Notes under the pieces: generated by a model
Databases searched by the model: none
Told to the model about the DNA's origin: nothing
Seen by the model: only the letters and a program-made list of their open reading frames with translations
Position numbers and translations under genes: made by a program
Assembly: GCA_965644295.1 (NCBI GenBank)
Contig: CBFFRP010000168.1
Location: 58,640 to 122,639, forward strand
Direction: 5' to 3'
Source of the DNA: Paraphysomonas bandaiensis
Taxonomy: Eukaryota > Protista > Chrysophyceae
Length of the DNA stretch: 64,000 nt
Part shown: positions 48,505 to 58,400 of the stretch, piece after piece
Layout of the letters: the number at the start of each line of letters is the position of its first letter
How positions within the stretch are numbered: the stretch's first letter is position 1

Positions 48505-49803
48505 TCATATTGAGTTCCGGCGCTCGCCATACGGATCTTCGTCTTCCGCTATATCTGTAGAGTGTACAAAGAGACGAGATTTGCGACTGCGCATCTGACG
48601 CGGCGCCTTCACTGCATTAGAATCCGTTTCAAGATCATCGTCATTTCCACCGACGGAAGCGTCAGGGTACATAACCGAGAAAAAGAATTTGTACCAGTCG
48701 ACTGTACGAGAGATTCCCTCCTCAAAAGTCACCTATACGGAAATGATAAGAACAGATACTCAATTAAGCACACAGTGGGTATATGTTTCCATTTAAGAAT
48801 GTGGGAATTCACACGACACCTACCATGGGGTCGTAGCCCAGAAGCTCTCGGGCCTTAGTAATGTCCGCGCAAGTTCGGTCCACATCCCCTGGCTGGTGAG
48901 GAAGATATTCAATAATGGCCTTTTTGCCTACAGCCTTCTCGACAATGCTGATAAAGTTCGAAAGGAGGAAAGGGCGACCATTTCCTAGATTAATTATTTC
49001 GTATCCAAGAGGACGATCGATGGCACGAACAACACCATCGACAATGTCAGCAATATATGTATAATCTCTAGATGTAGAGCCATCACCATATTGCTGAATA
49101 GGAATTCCTCGGGTGATACGGTCAATGAACTTGAAAGGGGCCATATCAGGACGCCCCCGTGGTCCATACACAGTAAAGAATCGTAATCCAGTGCAGCTGA
49201 TTCCGTACAAGTGATGAAAAGTATACGCCAACAACTCGCAAGCTGTTTTCGAAGCAGCATATGGAGACACTGGTTGAGCAACACGATCATTTTCATTGAG
49301 CATTTCCTTGTCACTTCCACCATATACCGACGAAGAAGAAGCAAAAACGAAATTTTTAATGCCATACACACGTCCAAGATCAAGGAGGCGAGTCGTACCC
49401 TCAATATTAGTACGAACATATATATAAGGATCTTGAATTGAAGGTCGAACACCAGCTCTTGCAGCTAAATGACAGATATGTGTTGGTCTCTCTATATATA
49501 CAATAGTATACATATAAGTATTATATCACACTAATATATGTACATATGCATACCTTTCTCAAATATTTGTGTCATTAAATCCTCTTCAATAATACAATTT
49601 TTATATACAGCTAAACAATTTTCATTGTATGAGCTTTTTATTATTGATATATTATAATTTTTTACACGTGTATCATAATAATCATTCATATCATCTACTA
49701 TGATAACATAGTCGCCACGACGTAATAAGGCTTCAGCTACATGACTTCCTATAAATCCTGCCCCACCAGTTATTAGAACACGTTTTCTATCAGATGGATC
49801 CAT
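48505..49803 (-). CDS. GAE: UDP-glucuronate 4-epimerase-like extended SDR; exons 49803-49554, 49491-48824, 48732-48505
   Basis: TGGAGFIG, HLAARAGVR, ASSSSVYG, SPYAASK, LRFFTVYGPRGRPDMA, RDYTYI.DIV.G and PGDV; in-frame GT-AG introns. Confidence 0.88.
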
Positions 49804-50162
49804 GGTATTTAAGGAGGGTTATGTAGAAACTTGTCCACGACCAGTGAAAGTATCTGTAGAGGTGAGAGAACGAGATTGATGGGCGGTGTGTATGTATATA
49901 TAGAGGTATGTATGAGGGATTACTGAGAATAGAGCAACACACACACTCCACTCAAACATATCCAATAAGATAAGAGTAGATGTTGTTGATTGGATATAGC
50001 GATGTTCATAGTAATACGTACACTTGTATATGAAGAAATTTCTATGATAGTGCTGGTATGTATGTATGTATGTATGTATGTATGTATGTATGTATGTATG
50101 TATGTATGTATGTATGTATGTATGTATGTATGTATGTATGTATGTATGTATGTATGTATGTA

Positions 50163-53100
50163 CGTAGAGCTAAATGATGATTCGGTATAGAAGTCTTCGA
50201 GTGATGGAAATGAAAGTCAACGTGCACATTCGTTTTTGTCACAGTGATTATGTTTTCAGTTATTGTACATGTGTGACTCTGTAGGATACGAGTGAGAGTG
50301 TACAGTAGAACATGATCAGCTGTAGTATTATTGTGTTGTAGGGAGACACCATAATTTTCTATCACTAACGATTTCTGTAGTATTTGCAAAGAGACTTGTC
50401 TTTTGCCTACCTGTAGTGTAGTTTGAACGGAGGACAACGGGCGAACTGGATCCGTGAGTGTTTGATTGATCTGTAGTATCAGTGTTGTATTTTCGATCCA
50501 AGTACGTATTTCTCTACGTGATAGAAAATTATGAAGAAGTCGAGCAACGAGAAGCTCAAGAAGTTTAGGAACAAGGCGTTGGACCAGCGGTCCAGGGGCC
50601 AAGGGGCAGAGGCATTGACCCCAACGGTGCCGATTCTGAAGTATGGGACGAACACCAACCTGGCGGTATTTAAGCAGAAGCTCACAGTGGCCGCCATGAT
50701 GCTATTTGGTGACCTAGCGAGGCTCGTGGAGACCGATGAGTATTATGAACCACCCAAGATAAAGATTGAGGACTACGATCTCGATAATGACCCCCACGGT
50801 CTGAACCTGGAAGAACTTAAGGATGCGAGAAAGACACGCCAAAGGAAGATTGACCAAATGCGTGACAATCGATCAGCTTTCTATGCGTTCATGTATGACA
50901 GACTGAGCAACGAGTCCGTGGACGCGATTAAGCAATTGGAGGAATACGAAGAAATTAACTCCTCCAAGGACCCTCTACTGTTGTGGCTTGCTATCAAGCA
51001 GACTCACAAAACAGCGACGAACTCCAATGTAGGGACCATCATGCGTGCAGAAACGAGAAAGAAGTACCAAGATGTGCGTCAGGGTCCATTTGAGAGTATC
51101 GTGGCCTATAAGGAGCGTTTCGATTTTCTTTTGGAAGCGTACAATGATATGGAGAATCCGAAGATGGAAGAAGAAGATATAGCTATGGACTTCTTCAGGG
51201 GTCTGGACGACACCAGATATGAGGAGTTTAAGACCAGTTTTATGAATGACTTAATGATGGGGACACAGAAGCCACCCAAGCACGTGAACGAGATCTACAC
51301 TAAAGCTTCGAAGTATATCACCCCGAAGAGAGGAGCGAAACCTAACGGTGGTGTTGCGTTTGTGAGCAGGAAGGACACCTCGACTAAACAACAGCGTCGC
51401 ACAGGTGATGCTGATGACAAGACGAAGTCGAATGGGACCGACGAGTCGAAAGGAAGCGTGCGAAAGCATAGAGGCCCTATTGTATGTTGGGGTTGTGGAA
51501 AGACTGGACACAAGCTAAACCAGTGTCAAGAGAACGTCGAACCAGAGGAGAAACAATGCTCAGTGACTATGCAGAATGCTTTCACATCGGGAGGAGAGCG
51601 TTTCGAATGGTACGAAGTTCTACTAGACAATCAGGCGGATGTGTCCGTTGTGCACCCGTGGCTACTGACAGATGTAAGACCTGCCGATCGTAAGTGTAAA
51701 GTAGCTGGCTTGTCTGGTCACGCAGTAGAACTGCCCAATGTGGGAGAGCTGCCACAATTTTTCACATGTAAAACTGCCGACAACCTACGAGTCAGTGTGC
51801 TATGCCAAGCTGATGTCGAAGACCTGTACCCTATTGTGTACGAGCCAGGAGTGTCATACACGGTGTGTCTACCTAATAGAGAGCTAGTGTTCTACAGACG
51901 GAACAAAATGTATATAGCCGATATGAGGGATTGGGTAACACAAGGCAGGGTAAATATTACGACAACAAGAATGAAAGAACAAGAATACACTAAAAGCGAA
52001 GTGGTGAGAGCTCGGAGGGCGCTGGAACTTGTACGGAACGCGGGTTTCGACTCAGAGCAGGGAGCCATGAACTTTGTGAGCGACGGAAATGTAACAGACG
52101 TGCCGTTGACGGCGCAAGACGTGAGGCGAGCTTTCGACATATACGGGAAGCCTTATGAAGCGGTTAGGGGGAAGACCACTAAACGTAAGAGCGGTAGGCA
52201 GTACGTGGACGTGGGAATCAAAGCAGATCAGCCCAAGCCGCAACGTTTGTATACCGATATATTCAGTGTGAGAAAACAACCGTTCCTGATAACACTGTCC
52301 GAGCCACTGGGGTTGACTCTTGTATCTCCGGTAGCTAGTGAGAAGACTGATGATCTAGGTCTAGCTTTTCAGGAGCAAGTATCTCTACTAAGAAGTCATG
52401 GTTTCGCACCAACTGTAGCCTATCTGGATCCGCAGCCTGGTTTCCAACCCCTCAGAGGACAGATTACAGGGGTGGAAGTAGATGTGTGTGGAGCAGGGGA
52501 TCACATGGACAAGGTAGATCACAAGATCCGGAGACTGAAAGAGACTATTAGATCTGTGCAGGCAGGATTACCCTGGTCACTGCCTGATAACATGGTCAGA
52601 GATCTGGTGAAGTACTCAAACAGTCGCCTAAATATCAGAAGGCCGTCTACAGGCACATCCATAGTAGCGCCACGAGTAGCGTTCACAGGGAGGAAGCCTA
52701 ACTACCGAAAGGAACTAGAGCTAGCATTTGGTGACTACGTGGAGTGCTACAACCCAAAGGTGCGAAGCAACGATGCCGAGCAAAGTCGCACTGAGCCGTG
52801 TATTGCATTGTACCCTACTGGAAATGCCAACGGTAGCTGGCTTTTCATGAATGTGAAGACACACAAGCGAGTGAGAAGGACACACTGGGTGAAAATGAAG
52901 ACAACGCAGCTCATAATTGATGCGATAAATCAGATGGCGAAGATGGGTGATACGACTAGGAAGAGTCAGATTCCGAACCCACTCCTACAGTCGATAGAAG
53001 CAGAAGAGCAGCAGAAAGGCGAAGACATGAAGGAGAGTACGCCAGAGGACGTTAAACAGACTCCAGTTGCGGAAACAATAGTGGAAGATGTATCTACTAC

Positions 53101-55260
53101 TGTGGTTGATGTAGAGCATAGCGGAAACCCATTAGGTGATGACGGTGATAATGAAGGTGAAGTGCCAGAACTTGTCGATGAGGAGCTGGATGACGATGTC
53201 CCAACTATAAAGTCCGGCAGCAGCATTACAAGCAGTGACGAGACAGGCGTTGAGAACGACAGGTCGCCGGATGCGAAGTCGAAACCAGTAGAGTACAGGG
53301 CCTTTCACACGAGTGCGATGAAGGGATTGCGTGAGTATGGTCCATCGGCATATAACGCTATCATATCGGAGCTGAAACAACTTTTGCATGACAAGAAGGC
53401 TATGCGTCCAGTACACCGCAAAGACTTATCGGCAACCCAGTTGAAGAGAGCTATTCGATCTCTGATGTTTCTCAAGACTAAGTATGATGGCTTAGGGCGC
53501 TTCGAAAAGATAAAAGCAAGACTGGTAGCTAATGGCGCACAACAAGATAGGAAGGTGTACGTAGACACATCGTCACCGACAGCAGCGATGCAGTCGATTA
53601 TGATGTGCCTGGCGATAGCTGCTAAAGAGGGACGTCACATAGGTATCATGGATATAGGAGGCGCTTACCTGAACGCCGAGATGTCTGGCGAAGAAGTCAT
53701 AATGGAACTAGAGCCAATGTTAACAACGATATTGAAGAAAGTGGCTCCTGAAGTATCACCGTATGTTGATGAGACTGGTAAACTACTAGTGCGGCTGGAC
53801 AAGGCGCTATACGGTTGCATCCAGAGTGCGAAACTCTGGTACGACACGCTTACAGGATATTTGAGAAGTTTGGGATTCGAGCACAACGCGGTCGACCCAT
53901 GTGTAATGAACAAAGTAGCTGGCGGGCGAAAGTGTACAGTGGTGATATTCGTGGATGACATACTGGTCATGTCAAGCCATAAGGGCGACTACCTAGAGTT
54001 GCTTAAGAAACTGAAAGAGAAGTTTGGGGATGTAAAGCACGACGATGGGAAAGATCTGTCATATCTCGGAATGCACATTAGAGCAGAGGGAGATAAGGTG
54101 ACAGTGTCCATGAGATCGTACATCGAGAATTTTCTACGAGAACACGGAGTGACAGGAACTGCTACATCACCTGCTACAGCTACTCTATTTAAGAACACCA
54201 TGGACAAACCCACTAGTAAGAGTGATAGAAGGAAGTTTCACAAGATGGTGGCTCAGTTGCTGTACCTGGCCAAAAGGGTTAGACCAGACATACTGCTTGC
54301 AGTCGCTTACCTTAGCACGAGAGTCAAGAATCCGACGCATGCTGACATGGAGAAGCTTGGCAGGGTGACCCGCTACCTGAACGCGACTAAGGGACAGGAC
54401 TTGTTGCTGTGCATTGGAAAGAATCTTACCGTTACTGGATACGTCGATGCGGCATTTGGGACTCATGAAGATGGAAAGGGTCATTCGGGTCTGGTCGTAA
54501 AGGTGGGGGATGCAACAGTACTCTGCAAATCGTCGAAACAGCGCATTGTGACACGTGACTCGACGGAATCAGAGTTGGTAGGTCTATCAGATATGTTAAT
54601 GATGATTGTGCAATGTGCAGAATTCATAAAGGAACAAGGATACAGTATTGACGCACCTCGAGTGTTGCAAGACAATACCTCGACTCTATCTCTTGTAACG
54701 AAAGGCGGAGGCAAATATCGTACAAAATACCTGCGTGTGAGGCGTGAATTCATCAAGGAAAGGGCAGATGAAGGAAGCATTCAATTGGAGTACTTACCCA
54801 CAAAGATGATGCTGGCTGATGCGTTGACGAAGCCCCTCCAAGGTACTCTGTACAAGTTTATGACATGTGGTATCGTGGGAAACAATACACATGCCACAGG
54901 GGTGCGTAGAGCTAAATGATGATTCGGTATAGAAGTCTTCGAGTGATGGAAATGAAAGTCAACGTGCACATTCGTTTTTGTCACAGTGATTATGTTTTCA
55001 GTTATTGTACATGTGTGACTCTGTAGGATACGAGTGAGAGTGTACAGTAGAACATGATCAGCTGTAGTATTATTGTGTTGTAGGGAGACACCATAATTTT
55101 CTATCACTAACGATTTCTGTAGTATTTGCAAAGAGACTTGTCTTTTGCCTACCTGTAGTGTAGTTTGAACGGAGGACAACGGGCGAACTGGATCCGTGAG
55201 TGTTTGATTGATCTGTAGTATCAGTGTTGTATTTTCGATCCAAGTACGTATTTCTCTACG
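50163..55260 (+). mobile_element. Complete Ty1/Copia LTR retrotransposon (element C1)
   Basis: 356-bp LTRs at 50163-50518 and 54905-55260, apparently identical, with CGTAGAG...CTCTACG termini. 5-bp TSD ATGTA is supported by a 1-nt phase shift of the tetranucleotide tract. Confidence 0.95.
50531..54919 (+). CDS. C1 gag-pol polyprotein (gag-PR-IN-RT-RH), single ORF ending inside the 3' LTR
   Basis: CWGCGKTGHKLNQC knuckle; LLDNQA protease; integrase YTDIF/YLDPQ/VDHKIR; RT KARLVA, DIGGAYL, KALYG, FVDD; RNase H YVDAAF, STESE, QDN, ADALTK. Copia domain order. Confidence 0.95.
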   Translation: MKKSSNEKLKKFRNKALDQRSRGQGAEALTPTVPILKYGTNTNLAVFKQKLTVAAMMLFGDLARLVETDEYYEPPKIKIEDYDLDNDPHGLNLEELKDARKTRQRKIDQMRDNRSAFYAFMYDRLSNESVDAIKQLEEYEEINSSKDPLLLWLAIKQTHKTATNSNVGTIMRAETRKKYQDVRQGPFESIVAYKERFDFLLEAYNDMENPKMEEEDIAMDFFRGLDDTRYEEFKTSFMNDLMMGTQKPPKHVNEIYTKASKYITPKRGAKPNGGVAFVSRKDTSTKQQRRTGDADDKTKSNGTDESKGSVRKHRGPIVCWGCGKTGHKLNQCQENVEPEEKQCSVTMQNAFTSGGERFEWYEVLLDNQADVSVVHPWLLTDVRPADRKCKVAGLSGHAVELPNVGELPQFFTCKTADNLRVSVLCQADVEDLYPIVYEPGVSYTVCLPNRELVFYRRNKMYIADMRDWVTQGRVNITTTRMKEQEYTKSEVVRARRALELVRNAGFDSEQGAMNFVSDGNVTDVPLTAQDVRRAFDIYGKPYEAVRGKTTKRKSGRQYVDVGIKADQPKPQRLYTDIFSVRKQPFLITLSEPLGLTLVSPVASEKTDDLGLAFQEQVSLLRSHGFAPTVAYLDPQPGFQPLRGQITGVEVDVCGAGDHMDKVDHKIRRLKETIRSVQAGLPWSLPDNMVRDLVKYSNSRLNIRRPSTGTSIVAPRVAFTGRKPNYRKELELAFGDYVECYNPKVRSNDAEQSRTEPCIALYPTGNANGSWLFMNVKTHKRVRRTHWVKMKTTQLIIDAINQMAKMGDTTRKSQIPNPLLQSIEAEEQQKGEDMKESTPEDVKQTPVAETIVEDVSTTVVDVEHSGNPLGDDGDNEGEVPELVDEELDDDVPTIKSGSSITSSDETGVENDRSPDAKSKPVEYRAFHTSAMKGLREYGPSAYNAIISELKQLLHDKKAMRPVHRKDLSATQLKRAIRSLMFLKTKYDGLGRFEKIKARLVANGAQQDRKVYVDTSSPTAAMQSIMMCLAIAAKEGRHIGIMDIGGAYLNAEMSGEEVIMELEPMLTTILKKVAPEVSPYVDETGKLLVRLDKALYGCIQSAKLWYDTLTGYLRSLGFEHNAVDPCVMNKVAGGRKCTVVIFVDDILVMSSHKGDYLELLKKLKEKFGDVKHDDGKDLSYLGMHIRAEGDKVTVSMRSYIENFLREHGVTGTATSPATATLFKNTMDKPTSKSDRRKFHKMVAQLLYLAKRVRPDILLAVAYLSTRVKNPTHADMEKLGRVTRYLNATKGQDLLLCIGKNLTVTGYVDAAFGTHEDGKGHSGLVVKVGDATVLCKSSKQRIVTRDSTESELVGLSDMLMMIVQCAEFIKEQGYSIDAPRVLQDNTSTLSLVTKGGGKYRTKYLRVRREFIKERADEGSIQLEYLPTKMMLADALTKPLQGTLYKFMTCGIVGNNTHATGVRRAK

Positions 55261-55414
55261 ATGTATGTATGTATGTATGTATGTATGTATGTATGTATGT
55301 ATGTATGTATGTATGTATGTATGTATGTATGTATGTATGTATGTATGTATGTATGTATGTATGTATGTATGTATGTATGTATGTATGTATGTATGTATGT
55401 ATGTATGTATGTAT

Positions 55415-58400
55415 TGTGGCATGAAACTCCTAGTTTTAGGGCTGGGAGTTTCTTTCCTTCGGGAAACGTGGGGTTTCCCTTCAGGATACGGTAGTCTAGT
55501 GGCTGTAGTTTCATGCCAGACTAGTCATACATGATTCTTATATGCATAATAATCATTATATTCCTAGTCAAGGCCTTTTCTTGTTGTCTCGCGTAGTTCC
55601 ATCACAATATCGATATTTGAACGAATTATGACTAGACGCACGAGAAGTGCTAAGAGAAGTGAGGAAGAGAAGATAGAGGAACGGGTTCAAGAGAAACCCA
55701 TGGCTTCCACCTCGAGGGAGGAGGAGGAAGAGGCAGTAGTCTCTAGTTCGGAGCTTCCAACGCAGAGGGTTGCGGAGGAAGAGTCATTAACTACTCCGAA
55801 TGTGGAGGTAGTGAATGAAGGAAATCAAGGAAATCCAGAGGGGGAGTCTGGATGGGAAGTGGAGACTTGGGCTGCGCTGGGAGAAGCGACAGTCGATGAA
55901 GAGGGTTTGTCACTTCCGCCAAACTCTAGTTCTGAGCGGGAAAGGGTTGACCCGCAGAGTGAGGAGAGAAAGATAAAGATCGCCCGAAAGAGGGAGATTA
56001 GGGAGAAGCTTAGGGAGAATAAGGAATGGGAGGCCTCTAGGGGGGGCAAAGAGTCTCCCAAAGGGAGGGAGGAGAGGAGTTCCTCCGAGGAATTTGAGAG
56101 GTCAGGGAGATCGAGGGAGAGATCTCGTAGTTATTCCGACTCCGGGGGGGAGGAATATGAAGAGCGGGGAAGGTCTCGCAGGCGCTCTTCCTCAAGGAGA
56201 GAGGAGTATTATGAGCGGAGTGGAAGATCGAGAAAGGGACGATCGAGGGATCGAAGTAGTAGATCCTCGGGTAGAAGATCGAAAAGATCTCGTCGCGAAG
56301 AGAGCTCCAGAAGGTTGAGAGCCTCTGAGCTAGAATTGGAAAGTCTGCGGCAAGAGGTGCAGCAGTTAAGGTCGTCGTTGGAGGGGCAGCGTTCGACGGG
56401 AGGGGACAGGTCCGGAGGAGCACCTGCCATACCGCGACAAAGCAGTATAGGGAGGGCAGAGGAAGCTAGCTCGTCCAGTAGTACCCTCCTGGTTACGTCT
56501 AATGACGTTCCTCCATTAGTCGCGCTGACTTATGACGCGGTGGAGGATTATATTGAGAAGTGTCGCCTTTACTTTCACAAGAGTGGTGGGAGAGAGGTAG
56601 ACCGATCGCTAATCTCGGCCAAAATGGCGGCTAAGATAGACTTTATGAGGGGAGACGTTAACGGGAAAGTTGACGACTGGAAGGATCCGAAGGTGTTACC
56701 GTCGGAGGATTTCTATGCGTTCCTTCGTAAGATGGTGAAGGATCAGGGGCATGTGGAGGTAGTGGAACCTTTTCAACATATTCGCGAGTGGGCTCGCGAG
56801 GTTCGCACCTTCCGGAATGTCAAGGATGTTATGGACTGGGGTGCGGACCTCAAGTTGAAATTGGAAAAGGAGGAAGGATCCGGCACATGGGAGGAGAATA
56901 AGGTTTGGATCGAAGATTTCAAACGTTCCCTCCGGATTGATCTTCCGTTCCATGATCAGGCTCGAAGGAACAGATTTCTGACTGAGAAGGTTCAGCCCAT
57001 TTTTGAGAGTTTGTCAGAGGACAAGCGAAATTTGTTGGGTTATTTGACGGCCTTGCACAAAGCCGTTACAGCTATTAGGGATGGCTGGGAGGCTGTGGGG
57101 CCTTTTGACTTATTTGTGGCACGACAGTGGCCCCGAGGATCGATGGGAGGGCGATCCGAGGCAGACCAACGGGATCGGAAGGGGGCCGATCAACGGGAGA
57201 GAAAGCGCACGCATTCACCTGCGAGGAGTTCGCAAGGTGGTTCGTCTAGTGCTGGAAAAGCGACAAAGAGAGCGAAGAGTAGCTCTCAAACGGATGTGTC
57301 GAAAGTGCCAGATTCAGATCGATGCAATGTGTGTGGTCGCCCAAAGGAGTGGCACAAGAGTGCGGAGTGTCCACTTAAGCAAGCTGCGGGGGCGAACTTG
57401 GATCCAAACGTAAAATGGAGAGAGTGTGCAGTAGCTAAGGATATTTTGGCCAAGAGGGGCCAACATACGTTGCCTAGAGAGGGATGGGTCTTAAGGCAAA
57501 GCGGTTCATATGGAAAGGGCTCCAAGGGTGAGTCCCATGATGTGCATTCTGATGTTATGGCTATTATGGCCCTTAAGTCTTTTTCTTCATTGCCGTTCAT
57601 AACGGTTGTTGTATGCAATGAACAGGGAAAGAAAAGGACATGTAAAGCTCTACTGGATACGGGCGCGTCGGCTAACTTCATCAGTAAGAATGTAGCTGAA
57701 TGGTTAGTAGATAGTGGTTCTATTCCTATTCCCGTAAGTAAGAATATCGCTGGGGGTTTTAAATCAGCAAGTGCTTTGTGTGAGAGGGGTGTGTCCCTCA
57801 ATGTAGAGATCTTTACGGAGGTAAAGGAACCTCCAGTGTTGCAAGCTCGCATAGATGCATGGGAGTTAGATCTAAATTTTGAATTGATTTTAGGGGTACA
57901 TACTGTACGTAATTTAGATTTAGTAGTGCAGTGCCCTAGTGCTTTCATGAGCTCAGATAAGGCTCGAAGGGTAGCCGACGTAGTGGGAGACAGTGCATTC
58001 CCTCTTGCGAGAGAGAGAGATGATCAGTCCGGGGGAGCAGTGTCTCCGAGCCTTGGCGTGCACGCGTCTTACCCTTGTGGGGGGGAACGAGCCAGCGTTC
58101 GTCTTCCATTGCGTAAAAATTATAACCTTGAGGTTCGAGGAAAGTTGGCCCCTCTGGAAGTAGGAATCAGTGACAAAGGGGAGGATTGGTCGTACCCAGC
58201 GGAGGAACAGCTGCTTTCGATGGGAGAAGATCTTTCAAATTTCTCAAAAAGGTCGGCATGGGACCGAGAGGATATGAAAGAAATTCGCAACGATCAGTTG
58301 GAATCCATTGACTCTGATTATCTGGACTCGGAAGGTGAGTCTCCTACAATTCCGGAAAAGGTTTATGGGTCACCGGACTTACAAGAAAAGATTCGTGGGG

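Larger units (their letters stand above)
50056..55414. repeat. (TATG)n microsatellite split by the Copia element (50056-50162 and 55261-55414)
   Basis: Directly visible on both sides of the element. Confidence 0.95.

Noticed and set aside
49990-55534. ORFs with YIHT/MYVC repeats
   Set aside because: Translations of the (TATG)n microsatellite and LTR.
55415-55606. Hammerhead ribozyme in the structured LTR
   Set aside because: GAAAC is present but I found no CUGANGA core on either strand.
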